A stretch of 32,000 nt of DNA from Dickeya dadantii NCPPB 898 (GTDB lineage Bacteria; Pseudomonadota; Gammaproteobacteria; Enterobacterales; Enterobacteriaceae), in assembly GCF_000406145.1 (NCBI RefSeq), contig NZ_CM001976.1:476930-508929 (forward strand). The letters run 5' to 3'. The notes under the pieces are model-generated. The model worked only from the letters and a program-made list of their open reading frames with translations, did not search any database and was not told where the DNA came from. Below are positions 1 through 9,516 of this stretch, piece after piece (positions within the stretch are counted from its first letter, which is position 1; each line of letters opens with the position of its first letter). The translations under genes and the position numbers were made by a program.

Positions 1-1423
1 CTCCGACAGTGAGGTGGAAAACGTCAGTCCATACCACAATAATATGCGCGAAGGGGTGATTCTGGCGCATCTCGCCTGGGATACGCTGATATATCGCGAT
101 CCGAAAACCGGAGAATATAAAGGCGAACTGGCGACCGACTGGAAATGGGAATCGCCGGTGGTATTGCTGCTGCACCTGCGTAAAGGCGTGACTTTCCATA
201 ATGGCGATAGCTTTAGCGCCGATGACGTGGTGTATACCTTTCAGAGCATCGCCGGGCCGAATACCGCCTCGGTGATCCCGCAAAGCGTGGACTGGATCGA
301 CCATGCGGAGAAGGTCGATGACTACACCGTGCGCCTGCACCTGAAAAAACCGTTCCCGGCGGCGCTGGAGTACCTCTCCGGCCCGACGCCAATCTACCCC
401 GCTAAATATTTCCAGCAGGTGAAGCTGGAGGGCTTCAGCAAAGCGCCTGTCGGCACCGGCCCGTACAAAATCGTCAAAGTGACGCCGGGGCAAGGGGTGT
501 CGATGGTGAAAAACCCGGACTATTTCAAAGACAGCCCGATCGGACAACCGAAAATCGGCAAACTGCAGTTTGTGGTGATCCGCGACCCGGAAGCGCGCGT
601 GGCTCAACTGATGACCGGCCAGGTGGACTGGATCTGGCGCGTGGCGTCGGATCAGGTGGACTCGTTGTCCGCCATGCCGAACATCGCGGTGAAAAGCGGT
701 GAAACCATGCGCGTCGGCTTTCTGGAGCTGAACACCAACGCCAGCGGGCCGGAGGGCGTGCCGTTCAAGGACCTGCGCGTGCGTCAGGCCATCAATTACG
801 CCATCAACCGTCAGGCGATGGTGGACAATCTGGTACGCGGCGGCAGTAAACCGGTGTATTCCGCCTGCTTCCGCACCCAGACTGCCTGCGACGCCAGCCA
901 GGTGATTCAGTACCCCTACGACCCGGCCAAAGCCAAACAGTTGCTGGCGGAAGCGGGGTACGCCAACGGCTTCGACACCGACTTGTGGGCCTATCGCGAG
1001 CGTGATTACGCCGAAGCCATCATCGGCGATCTGCGCAAGGTCGGCATCCGCGCCCGCCTGCACTTCGTGCAATACCCGGTGATGGCCAGCGCGTTGGCGT
1101 CCGGTCAGGCGCCGCTGGCGTTCAGCACCTGGGGCTCGTTCTCCATCAATGACGCCACCGCGTTCGTTACCCCTTATTTCGGCGGTAAAGGCAGCGATAT
1201 CTGGAAAGATCCGCAGGTGATCGCCGAACTGGCGAAAGCGGACGAGGTGGTGGACCCGCAGCAGCGCGCCGCGCTGTACGCCGCACTGCTGGGTCGCATT
1301 TCGGCGCAGGCGTATATGGCGCCGCTGTTCTCCTATTCCACCCATTACGCCTTTACGTCCGACCTGAACTTCCAGGACTGGCCGGATGAACTGCCGCGCT
1401 TCGCCGAGGCGAGCTGGAAGTAA
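1..1423 (+). CDS. ABC transporter substrate-binding protein, family 5 (peptide/nickel/opine type), 5' partial
   Basis: The frame is open to the left window edge (no in-frame stop upstream of 14). It has no signal peptide and is about 50 aa shorter than typical family-5 binding proteins. It is followed by two permease and two ATPase genes in the same direction. Confidence 0.85.
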   Translation, partial: SDSEVENVSPYHNNMREGVILAHLAWDTLIYRDPKTGEYKGELATDWKWESPVVLLLHLRKGVTFHNGDSFSADDVVYTFQSIAGPNTASVIPQSVDWIDHAEKVDDYTVRLHLKKPFPAALEYLSGPTPIYPAKYFQQVKLEGFSKAPVGTGPYKIVKVTPGQGVSMVKNPDYFKDSPIGQPKIGKLQFVVIRDPEARVAQLMTGQVDWIWRVASDQVDSLSAMPNIAVKSGETMRVGFLELNTNASGPEGVPFKDLRVRQAINYAINRQAMVDNLVRGGSKPVYSACFRTQTACDASQVIQYPYDPAKAKQLLAEAGYANGFDTDLWAYRERDYAEAIIGDLRKVGIRARLHFVQYPVMASALASGQAPLAFSTWGSFSINDATAFVTPYFGGKGSDIWKDPQVIAELAKADEVVDPQQRAALYAALLGRISAQAYMAPLFSYSTHYAFTSDLNFQDWPDELPRFAEASWK

Positions 1424-1469
1424 TCGCCGCCGGGAAACCGGCCGCGCCTGAGTTGTAAGGAGTTCGCTT

Positions 1470-2387
1470 ATGGTGAAGTACGTTTTTCATCGGTTACTGG
1501 TGGCGCTGGCGGTGCTGTTTACCGTGGCGGCGGTCAGCTTTTCGCTGCTGCACCTGTCCGGCGATCTGGCGACCGCCATCGCCGGGCCGGACGCCACCGC
1601 CGAAACCATCGCCCAGATCCGGGTGCAAAACGGGCTGGATAAACCGCTGCTGACCCAGTTTTCCAGTTGGATGTGGTCGGCGCTGCAGCTGGATTTCGGC
1701 CGCTCGTTCTACTTTGAGAACACGGTGATGGAACTGGTCGGCCAGCGGATGCCGGTCACCCTCAAACTCGGCGGCGTGTCGCTGCTGCTGGCGCTGGTGC
1801 TGGCGATCCCGCTCGGGGTGCTGGCGGCGGTGTTCCGCGATACCTGGGTCGATCGCCTTGCCATGCTGGTGTCGGTTATCGGCCAGGCAATGCCCAATTT
1901 CTGGTTCGCGCTGGTGCTCATCCTGATCTTCGCCGTCGGGCTGAAATGGCTACCGGTAGCGGGCAACGCCAGCTGGCAAAACTTCGTGCTGCCGGCGGTG
2001 GCGCTCGGTTACTACGCCATGCCGTCGCTGATGCGCCTGACCCGCTCCGGCATGCTGGACGTGCTCGGCTCCGATTACATCCGTACCGCGCGCGCCAAAG
2101 GGTTGAGCGCGTTTAAGGTGGTGGTCAAGCACGGCCTGCGCAACGCCATCATCCCGGTGGTGGCGCTGGCGACGGTGGAGCTGGGGTTCATGCTCGGCGG
2201 CTCGGTGGTGATCGAATCGGTGTTTTCGTTGCAGGGGCTGGGTCAGTTGGCGTGGGACTCCATCTCGCGCAACGACTTTCCGGTGGTGCAGGCCATCGTG
2301 TTGATTATCGCCGTGTTTTATATCGGGCTGACGTTTCTGGCGGATGTGCTCAACGCCGCGCTGGACCCACGACTGCGCAGCAAATAA
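1470..2387 (+). CDS. ABC transporter permease, DppB/OppB-like
   Basis: 305 aa polytopic membrane protein. N-terminus MVKYVFHRLLVALAVLF and C-terminal ADVLNAALDPRLR are typical of DppB-type permeases. Operon context supports the call. Confidence 0.9.
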   Translation: MVKYVFHRLLVALAVLFTVAAVSFSLLHLSGDLATAIAGPDATAETIAQIRVQNGLDKPLLTQFSSWMWSALQLDFGRSFYFENTVMELVGQRMPVTLKLGGVSLLLALVLAIPLGVLAAVFRDTWVDRLAMLVSVIGQAMPNFWFALVLILIFAVGLKWLPVAGNASWQNFVLPAVALGYYAMPSLMRLTRSGMLDVLGSDYIRTARAKGLSAFKVVVKHGLRNAIIPVVALATVELGFMLGGSVVIESVFSLQGLGQLAWDSISRNDFPVVQAIVLIIAVFYIGLTFLADVLNAALDPRLRSK

Positions 2388-2396
2388 GGAGCCGTG

Positions 2397-3323
2397 ATGA
2401 AAACTGCAATGGCACGACTGGCCGTGATGATGAAACCCGCTCCGCAGCCGGGCCTGCTGCCGGAGCCGGGACCGTGGCGGCGCTGGCGGCGCAAGGTGCT
2501 GGGCCACCACGGCATGACGCTGGGGCTGGTGATTCTGGGGACGATTATATTGCTGGCGGTGCTGGCGCCGTTCATCAGCCCGCACGACCCCTACGCGCAG
2601 GAGGTCAGCCGCCGGCTGATTCCGCCGGTATGGCATGACAAGGGCAGTTGGGAACATCTGCTCGGCACCGACAAACTGGGGCGGGATTACTTCAGCCGCC
2701 TGCTGTTCGGCGCGCGGGTGTCGCTGACCATTGGGCTGGTGTCGGTGATGCTGGCGGGCACCATCGGCATTGCGCTCGGGGTGCTGGCGGGTTATTTCGG
2801 CGGCCGGGTGGACGCGGCGGTGAGCTATCTTCTCACCGTGCGCCTGTCGATGCCGGTGATTCTGGTGGCGCTGGCGCTGGCCTCGCTGGTGGGCGGTTCG
2901 GTCAAGGTGGTGATCATGCTGCTGGGCCTGCTGCTGTGGGACCGCTTTCTGATCGTCTCCCGCACGGTGACGCGCCAGCTGCGCGAGGCGGAGTTTATCG
3001 CCGCTGCCCAGACGCTCGGCGCCTCGTCGCTGTTCATCATGCTGCGGGAGATTCTGCCCAACCTGCTGGGGCCGCTCACGGTGGTGGCGACGCTGGAAAT
3101 CGCCCACGCCATCCTGCTGGAGGCGACGCTGTCGTTTCTCGGCCTCGGGGTGCAGCCGCCGATGCCGTCCTGGGGGCTGATGGTGGCGGAAGGTAAAGCC
3201 TACATGTTCTTCCAGCCGTGGGTGATTGTGATTCCGGGCGTGGTGCTGGCGCTGCTGGTGCTGAGCATCAATCTGGTGGGTGACGGGTTGCGCGATGTGA
3301 CCGCGCTGGACGGGCGCAATTGA
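2397..3323 (+). CDS. ABC transporter permease, DppC/OppC-like
   Basis: Hydrophobic permease with a C-terminal INLVGDGLRD motif. ATG 2397 lies 6 nt after AAGGA (2386-2390). The GTG at 2394 used by the ORF track is also possible. Confidence 0.87.
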   Translation: MKTAMARLAVMMKPAPQPGLLPEPGPWRRWRRKVLGHHGMTLGLVILGTIILLAVLAPFISPHDPYAQEVSRRLIPPVWHDKGSWEHLLGTDKLGRDYFSRLLFGARVSLTIGLVSVMLAGTIGIALGVLAGYFGGRVDAAVSYLLTVRLSMPVILVALALASLVGGSVKVVIMLLGLLLWDRFLIVSRTVTRQLREAEFIAAAQTLGASSLFIMLREILPNLLGPLTVVATLEIAHAILLEATLSFLGLGVQPPMPSWGLMVAEGKAYMFFQPWVIVIPGVVLALLVLSINLVGDGLRDVTALDGRN

Positions 3324-3349
3324 GCGCCTTAGGCTCTGAGGATAACGCT

Positions 3350-4399
3350 ATGCATACAACGATTGAGACTACCGTTAGGGCCAACCCGTCGGCCGGAGGG
3401 CCGAGCGAGGGACAGGCCGAAATCGTGCTGGAAGTGAAAAACCTGCGGGTTGATTTGGCGACGCCGCGCGGCACGTTGCACGCCGTGCGCGGCATCGATT
3501 TTTCGGTACGGCGCGGCGAAATGTTGTGTCTGGTGGGGGAATCGGGCTGCGGCAAGTCGATGACCTCGCTGGCGCTGATGGACCTGCTGCCGCGCAACGC
3601 GGTACGCAGCGCCGATACGCTGCGCTTTCGCGATACCGACCTGCTGTCGCTGCGCCCGCGCGAACGGACGGCGCTGCGCGGCAGCCAGATGGCGATGATC
3701 TTTCAGGAGCCGATGACCTCGCTCAACCCGTCGTTCACGCTGGGGGATCAACTGTGCGAAACGCTGTTGGCGCATCGCAAGGTATCGAAAGCCGAGGCGC
3801 GTGAACGCGCAGTGTACCTGATGGAGCGCGTTGGCATCCCGATGGCGGTGGAGCGGCTACGGCAGTACCCGCACCAGCTCTCCGGCGGCCTGCGCCAGCG
3901 CATCATGATCGCCATGGCGCTGATGTGCGGCCCGGAGCTGATCATCGCCGACGAACCGACCACCGCGCTGGACGTCACCATTCAGGCGCAGATCCTGCGG
4001 ATGCTGCGCGAGCTACAGCAGGAATTCGGCACCGCGGTGATCTTCATTACCCATGACCTTGGCGTGGTCGCGCGCATCGCCGACCGGGTGGCGGTGATGT
4101 ATGCCGGGCAGGTGGTGGAAACCGCGCCGGTGAGGGAGCTGTTTCACCAGCCGTGTCACCCCTATACCCGCGGGCTGCTGGAGTGCATTCCGGTGGCCGG
4201 GCGCACCGTGCCGGGTGAGCCGCTGCACGCCATCCCCGGCGTAGTACCGAGCCTGATCGGCCCGCAGCACGGCTGCGCGTTTCGCAACCGTTGCAGTCAG
4301 TGCCGCGATCGCTGCGCGCAGGACACGCCCTATGTTTCGGTGACGGATCAACATGCGGTGCGCTGTGTCGAGGCGCTGATGGCGGAGGAGCCGGTATGA
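3350..4399 (+). CDS. ABC transporter ATP-binding protein, DppD/OppD-like
   Basis: Walker A GESGCGKS, signature LSGGLRQR, Walker [14 protein letters not shown]-terminal HPYTRGLL oligopeptide-type tail. ATG 3350 is preceded by GAGGA (3338-3342). The track start at 3320 is a TTG. Confidence 0.9.
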   Translation: MHTTIETTVRANPSAGGPSEGQAEIVLEVKNLRVDLATPRGTLHAVRGIDFSVRRGEMLCLVGESGCGKSMTSLALMDLLPRNAVRSADTLRFRDTDLLSLRPRERTALRGSQMAMIFQEPMTSLNPSFTLGDQLCETLLAHRKVSKAEARERAVYLMERVGIPMAVERLRQYPHQLSGGLRQRIMIAMALMCGPELIIADEPTTALDVTIQAQILRMLRELQQEFGTAVIFITHDLGVVARIADRVAVMYAGQVVETAPVRELFHQPCHPYTRGLLECIPVAGRTVPGEPLHAIPGVVPSLIGPQHGCAFRNRCSQCRDRCAQDTPYVSVTDQHAVRCVEALMAEEPV

Positions 4400-5259
4400 G
4401 TCAGATGACAGAAGAACGCGGCCGTCCGCTGCCGCACATTCCGGGCAACGACGATATCGCGCTGGAGCTGTGCGCGCTCAGCCGGGTGTTCCGGCTTAAT
4501 CGCGGGCTGTTCTCCCGGCCCGGCGAAATCCGCGCGGTGGACAACGTGTCGCTGCGCATCCGCCGGGGTGAGACGCTGGGGCTGGTGGGCGAGTCCGGCT
4601 GCGGCAAGAGCACGCTGGCGAAAATGCTGCTCGGCCTGCTGCCGCCGACCTCCGGCAACGTGTTGATCGAAGGGCGCGAGATCGACGCCGGCGATCGCCG
4701 CGAGCTGGCATCGCGTATCCAGCCGATCTTTCAGGATCCCTATTCTTCCCTTAATCCGCGCCGTACGGTGGCGGATATCGTGGAGGTGGCGTTGCGGCTG
4801 CACAACATCGGCACCCCGACACAGCGCAAACAGCGGGTGCGCGAGATGCTGGACGTGGTGGGGATGCCGGAACGTACTCATGGTCAGTATCCCGGACAAC
4901 TCTCCGGCGGCCAGCGCCAGCGGGTGGCTATCGCCCGCGCGCTGATCCTGCAGCCGGAGATCCTGATTTGCGACGAGCCGACCTCGGCGCTGGATGTGTC
5001 GGTACAGGCGCAGATCCTCAATCTGCTGCTGACGCTGAAAAAAGAGTTCGGCCTGACCTATCTGTTCATCAGCCACAACCTGTCGGTGGTGGAATATCTG
5101 GTGGATCACGTGGCGGTGATGCGTAAAGGCACCATTGTGGAGCAGGGCACCCGCGAGCAGGTATTCGGCGCGCCGCAGCATCCTTATACCCGCGCGCTGC
5201 TGGCGTCGGTACTGACGCCGGAGCCGGGACTGGGCATTCCGGACATTGGCGTGGCGTAA
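4396..5259 (+). CDS. ABC transporter ATP-binding protein, DppF/OppF-like
   Basis: Walker A GESGCGKS, signature LSGGQRQR, Walker B ILICDEPTSALD, HPYTRALL tail. ATG 4396 overlaps the upstream stop (ATGA at 4396-4399). The longer track ORF from 4291 lies inside the previous gene. Confidence 0.9.
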   Translation: MSQMTEERGRPLPHIPGNDDIALELCALSRVFRLNRGLFSRPGEIRAVDNVSLRIRRGETLGLVGESGCGKSTLAKMLLGLLPPTSGNVLIEGREIDAGDRRELASRIQPIFQDPYSSLNPRRTVADIVEVALRLHNIGTPTQRKQRVREMLDVVGMPERTHGQYPGQLSGGQRQRVAIARALILQPEILICDEPTSALDVSVQAQILNLLLTLKKEFGLTYLFISHNLSVVEYLVDHVAVMRKGTIVEQGTREQVFGAPQHPYTRALLASVLTPEPGLGIPDIGVA

Positions 5260-5299
5260 GCCGTAAAGCCGGTATGACGTGAATAAAAAAGGACAGACG

Positions 5300-6718
5300 A
5301 TGACACGTGAAGAGATGATGCAAGCCGCGGCGGCGTATTTCGAATCCGGCGCATTCCGTGGCGCGCTGGCGCGCCGGGTAGCTTGCCAGACCGAAAGCCA
5401 GAACGCGGATCGCGCGCCGGCGCTGATGGGCTACCTGACCGACGAGATGATTCCGCAGTTGAACCAGATGGGGTTCGAGTGCCAGGTGGTCCCCAACCCG
5501 GTGGCGGAGCGCGGGCCATTCCTGCTGGCGCGGCGTATTGAACCGGATGCGGCGCTGACGGTGCTGACCTACGGCCACGGCGATGTGGTGATGGGGGATG
5601 CATCGCGCTGGCGCAGCGGGCTGTCGCCGTGGACGCTGACGCCGGACGGCAACCGCTGGTACGGACGCGGCACCGCCGACAACAAAGGCCAGCACACCAT
5701 CAATCTGGCGGCGCTGGCGCTGGTGTTGAACGCGCGCGGCGGCCGGCTGGGCTACAACGTGAAGCTGATTCTGGAAATGGGCGAAGAGTGCGGCTCTCCC
5801 GGCCTGGAGGCGGTGTGCCAGCAGTACCGCGACTGGCTGGCGGCGGATCTGTTTATCGCCTCGGACGGCCCACGCGTCTCCGCCGACCGGCCGACGCTAT
5901 TTCTCGGTTCGCGCGGGGTGTTCAACTTCGGCTTACAGCTGACGCTGCGCGACGGCGCGCACCATTCCGGCAACTGGGGCGGGTTGCTCAGTAACCCCGG
6001 CATCCGGCTGGCGCATGCGATTGGCTGCCTGGTGGACGCCAACGGCCGCATTCTGGTGCCGGAATTGCTGCCGCCGCCGCTGTCGGCGTCGATCCGCCGC
6101 GCGCTGTCGGATCTGGAACTGGGCGGCGCGCCGAGCGACCCGGCTATCGATCCGCACTGGGGCGAGCCGGGGTTGAACGCGGCGGAAAAGGTATACGGCT
6201 GGAACACGCTGGATGTGCTGGCGTTCGTCACCGGCAACCCGGACAAGCCGGAACATGCCATTCCCTCCAGCGCCCGCGCCCAATGTCATATGCGTTACGT
6301 ACCGGGCAGCGATGTCGAGAATTTCGCCGAACACATTCGCCGCCGTCTTGATGCCTGCGGGTTTGAGGATGTGGCGATCGTCAAACCGGATAACTGTTTT
6401 GAAGCCACCCGCATCGACCCGGACGACCCCTGGGTACGCTGGGGCGTGGATTCCATCGAACGCTCGGTCGGCAAGCAGGCGGCGGTGCTGCCCAACTTCG
6501 GCGGCGGCTTGCCCAACGCCTGCTTCCTGCGTACGCTCGGCCTGCCGACGCTGTGGGTGCCACACTCCTATCCCGCCTGCTGTCAGCACGCCCCCAACGA
6601 ACACCTGCTGGCGGACGTGGCGCGCGAAGCGCTGCAAATCATGAGCGGCCTGTTTTGGGATCTGGCGGAAGAGGGCTATGGGGTAAAGAAGTTAAGAGAA
6701 CAACATGTGATTGTGTGA
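5300..6718 (+). CDS. M20 family metallopeptidase (ArgE/DapE/CPG2-like)
   Basis: YGHGDVV and GRGTADNKGQ metal-binding/catalytic blocks typical of M20 peptidases. ATG 5300 follows AAGGA. It is the last gene of the ABC importer operon. Confidence 0.8.
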   Translation: MTREEMMQAAAAYFESGAFRGALARRVACQTESQNADRAPALMGYLTDEMIPQLNQMGFECQVVPNPVAERGPFLLARRIEPDAALTVLTYGHGDVVMGDASRWRSGLSPWTLTPDGNRWYGRGTADNKGQHTINLAALALVLNARGGRLGYNVKLILEMGEECGSPGLEAVCQQYRDWLAADLFIASDGPRVSADRPTLFLGSRGVFNFGLQLTLRDGAHHSGNWGGLLSNPGIRLAHAIGCLVDANGRILVPELLPPPLSASIRRALSDLELGGAPSDPAIDPHWGEPGLNAAEKVYGWNTLDVLAFVTGNPDKPEHAIPSSARAQCHMRYVPGSDVENFAEHIRRRLDACGFEDVAIVKPDNCFEATRIDPDDPWVRWGVDSIERSVGKQAAVLPNFGGGLPNACFLRTLGLPTLWVPHSYPACCQHAPNEHLLADVAREALQIMSGLFWDLAEEGYGVKKLREQHVIV

Positions 6719-6789
6719 ACCCATATGACTGTGTGAGCCCGTAGATATCACTCATATCTTGATAGTGGCGCGTGTTGCCTTCTGGCGTA

Positions 6790-6927
6790 AAAAATTTTGC
6801 TGAGGGATAGGTGGCCGTAGGGTGAGCCGCATTATGCGGCGAAAACTCGTGCCGCGCCGGGAGCGCGTCACGAGAGGCCCGTTAAGCGGTCACCTATCCC
6901 GAAGGTACCGCGTTAGCGGCAAAATTT
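6790..6927. repeat. Imperfect palindromic intergenic element (ERIC/IRU-like in layout, family not identified)
   Basis: The outer arms pair: AAATTTTGC (6791-6799) with GCAAAATTT (6919-6927), and GGGATAGGTG (about 6804-6813) with CACCTATCCC (6891-6900). A central GC hairpin CGTGCCGCGCCGGGAGCGCGTCACG lies near 6848-6872. Confidence 0.5.
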
Positions 6928-6945
6928 AGCCAGCAAGCCCGGGTT

Positions 6946-6976
6946 CACAGGGAGGCGGCGTTTGAGCCTCCCTGTG
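6946..6976. other. Perfect 11-bp-stem hairpin (REP-like or terminator-like, no U-tract)
   Basis: CACAGGGAGGC - GGCGTTTGA - GCCTCCCTGTG read directly. No T-run follows on either strand. Confidence 0.45.
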
Positions 6977-7094
6977 TCGGGCGGAGCGAGAAATATTAAC
7001 GATAAAATATGAGGTTAATACGCCCGAAACCCTCTCGGATTCTGAATGTGATGGCATGACGTATCCGATAGATTCTGTCTCTCGGAGATGATCC

Positions 7095-8027
7095 ATGCAT
7101 AACAGCGAAATTCGTTACTTTATGGCGGTGGTGAACGCCGGCTCCATCAGCGCCGCCAGTCAGCAGCTGTTTGTGGCGGTGTCCGCCATCAGCCGGCAGA
7201 TCCAGCGGCTGGAAACCCGACTGGGCATGCCGCTGTTCGAGCGCAGCACCCGCGGTATGGTGCTCAACGACGCCGGGCACATTCTGGCGAATCATGTGCG
7301 GCGCAGCATGGCCGACATGGAACTGGCGATGGCGGAGATCGAAGGCATGAAATCGGCGCGCCAGACCACCTTGCGGGTGGTCTGCACCGACGGGCTGGCT
7401 TTCAATCTGCTGCCCGCTCTGCTGGCGCGCTTTCGTGAGCAGCATCCTCGCGTCAATTTTTACCTGACGGTCGGCAGCGCCCGACAGGTGCCGGAACTAC
7501 TGCGTAATGGCGAGTGCGATGTCGCCCTCAAGTTCAGCCTGGCGCCGGAACATGGCGTGGCGGTGCTGGCGTCGTTTCCCGCGCCGGCACTGGTGTTCAT
7601 GGCGCAAGACCATCCGCTGGCCAATCGGGATTTCCAACTGGCGGACCTTAACGCCTGGCCGGTGGTACTGCCGGATCAATCGGCCACTATCCGGCAATTG
7701 TTTGATCTCTCCTGCCGGATGAACAACGTCTTTATCGAACCGGTGTTCACCTGCAACCATTTCTCCGCTCTGTATGAATATGTCCGCACTACGCCGGGGG
7801 CGGTCAGCGTGTGCAGTCATTTCTCCATTCTGTGCAGCGCCCGGCGCGATGGCCTGACGATGAAGGCGGTCAATCTGGATCAACTGAGCCAGCGTACCTT
7901 GCAGTTGCAAACCGAGATGGGCAAGCCCCGTACCGCCATTCTGGAGAGTTTTTTTGCCTTCCTGAAGCAGGCGTTGCAGCAGTATGACCAGCAATGCCGG
8001 CAGGATTTCGGGCTGTTGCTGCGCTGA
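7095..8027 (+). CDS. LysR family transcriptional regulator
   Basis: N-terminal HTH IRYFMAVVNAGSISAASQQLFVAVSAISRQIQRLETRLGMPLFER is a classic LysR signature. 310 aa. GGAGA lies 6 nt upstream of the ATG. Confidence 0.9.
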   Translation: MHNSEIRYFMAVVNAGSISAASQQLFVAVSAISRQIQRLETRLGMPLFERSTRGMVLNDAGHILANHVRRSMADMELAMAEIEGMKSARQTTLRVVCTDGLAFNLLPALLARFREQHPRVNFYLTVGSARQVPELLRNGECDVALKFSLAPEHGVAVLASFPAPALVFMAQDHPLANRDFQLADLNAWPVVLPDQSATIRQLFDLSCRMNNVFIEPVFTCNHFSALYEYVRTTPGAVSVCSHFSILCSARRDGLTMKAVNLDQLSQRTLQLQTEMGKPRTAILESFFAFLKQALQQYDQQCRQDFGLLLR

Positions 8028-8049
8028 ACGGCGTGCGTTTTCACCCCCT

Positions 8050-8170
8050 GATTCGACATTTAATTTTATTTCGTATTTTTGTTTTATTTTTTACTTTAAG
8101 TTTTATAAAAAATAAAAATTGTTAATTTTTTATAAAAATAACAAATAAAAACGCAATTTAAATCATTAAG
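8050..8170. promoter_or_regulatory. Nearly pure A/T tract upstream of acdS with two copies of the palindrome TTTTATAAAA
   Basis: TTTTATAAAA occurs at 8101-8110 and 8128-8137, 27 bp apart. The surrounding 120 bp has very few G/C. The position is consistent with a promoter, UP element or nucleoid-protein binding region. Confidence 0.4.
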
Positions 8171-8269
8171 GTTTTGTGTAGTATCAGGGTTAAGCGATGA
8201 CGCGGTTTTCCTGTCGGAAAGCGGTCATTTGATGTCTGATTGAGCCACGTTAGCCACCGGAGCCTGACT

Positions 8270-9286
8270 ATGAACCTGGAAAAATTTCCGCGTTACCCCT
8301 TAACTTTTGGACCGTCGCCGATTACCCCGATGAAACGCCTGAGTGAATATCTGGGCGGCGATGTGGAAATTTATGCCAAACGTGAAGACTGCAACAGCGG
8401 TCTGGCGTTCGGCGGCAACAAGACCCGCAAGCTGGAGTACCTGATTCCGGAAGCGCTGGCGCAGGGCTGTGACACGCTGGTGTCGATTGGCGGCGTGCAG
8501 TCCAACCAGACCCGTCAGGTGGCGGCCGTGGCGGCGCATCTGGGCATGAAATGTATTCTGGTGCAGGAAAACTGGGTGAATTACGCCGACGCGGTGTACG
8601 ACCGGGTGGGGAATATCGAGCTGTCGCGCATTATGGGCGCCGACGTGCGTCTTGACCCGGCCGGCTTCGACATCGGCATCCGTGCAAGCTGGCAGCAGGC
8701 GATGGAAGAAGCGGCGCAGAACGGCGGCAAACCGTTCCCGATCCCGGCCGGCTGCTCCGAGCATCCGTACGGTGGTCTGGGCTTCGTTGGCTTTGCCGAA
8801 GAAGTCCGCCAGCAGGAAAAAGAACTGGGCTTCAAATTCGATTACATCGTGGTGTGCTCGGTTACCGGCAGCACTCAGGCGGGCATGGTGGTGGGGTTTG
8901 CCGCCGACGGGCGTGCCCGCAACGTGATCGGCATTGATGCTTCCGCCAAGCCGGAAAAAACCAAGGCGCAGATCCTGCGCATCGCGCAGAACACCGCCGG
9001 GCTGGTGGAACTGGGCCGCGACATCACCGAAGAAGACGTGGTGCTGGATACCCGCTACGGCGGCCCGGAATACGGCTTGCCGAACGACGGCACGCTGGAA
9101 GCCATTCGCCTGTGCGCGCGTCTGGAAGGGGTGCTGACCGACCCGGTGTACGAGGGTAAATCCATGCACGGTATGATCGACATGGTGCGCAACGGCGAAT
9201 TCCCGAAAGGCTCCAAAGTGCTCTACGCCCACCTCGGCGGCGCCCCGGCGCTGAGTGCTTACAGCTATATTTTCCGTAACGGTTGA
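8270..9286 (+). CDS. acdS: 1-aminocyclopropane-1-carboxylate (ACC) deaminase
   Basis: 338 aa from ATG 8270 (GGAG upstream). Nearly colinear with Pseudomonas AcdS as I recall it: [27 protein letters not shown] with K51, VQSNQTR with S78, [18 protein letters not shown]. Confidence 0.93.
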   Translation: MNLEKFPRYPLTFGPSPITPMKRLSEYLGGDVEIYAKREDCNSGLAFGGNKTRKLEYLIPEALAQGCDTLVSIGGVQSNQTRQVAAVAAHLGMKCILVQENWVNYADAVYDRVGNIELSRIMGADVRLDPAGFDIGIRASWQQAMEEAAQNGGKPFPIPAGCSEHPYGGLGFVGFAEEVRQQEKELGFKFDYIVVCSVTGSTQAGMVVGFAADGRARNVIGIDASAKPEKTKAQILRIAQNTAGLVELGRDITEEDVVLDTRYGGPEYGLPNDGTLEAIRLCARLEGVLTDPVYEGKSMHGMIDMVRNGEFPKGSKVLYAHLGGAPALSAYSYIFRNG

Positions 9287-9419
9287 TTGCCGTAGTGGCG
9301 TCTGGACCATGACATAAGTTCGCCAATAGCAAAACCATGGGGCTGTTTGTCAGCAGATTAGGTCACAGGCTCTAGACATTGATAATGTGTTGCAATATTT
9401 GCATGCATTGGTTTCAACA

Positions 9420-9443
9420 GCGGCCGCAAAAGCGGCCTTTTTT
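9420..9443 (+). terminator. Rho-independent terminator downstream of acdS
   Basis: GGCCGC (9422-9427), AAAA loop, GCGGCC (9432-9437), followed by TTTTTT (9438-9443). Confidence 0.7.
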
Positions 9444-9516
9444 AGTGGTATAACAGACTTTTACATCAAAATGATGCATTATTCATATATGTGATGCTAC
9501 AGTTCAAATCCCCGCT

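Noticed and set aside
1950-3107. 385-aa minus-strand ORF antisense to the two permease genes
   Set aside because: It has an Arg/His/Gln-rich low-complexity translation and no SD, and it lies entirely inside well-supported plus-strand genes. This is a typical stop-codon-poor antisense frame in GC-rich DNA.
4291-4395. Upstream extension of the second ATPase ORF in the first ABC operon
   Set aside because: It lies within the 3' end of the preceding ATPase gene. ATG 4396 gives the standard ATGA-coupled junction and a normal N-terminus.
6818-6835. Identity of the palindromic element with canonical ERIC
   Set aside because: Only the short block GGGTGAGCCGC resembles the ERIC core. The rest does not match the consensus as I remember it, so it is reported only as ERIC-like in architecture.
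8300-9310. 336-aa minus-strand ORF antisense to acdS
   Set aside because: The same GC-rich antisense artefact. The plus-strand product is an unmistakable ACC deaminase.
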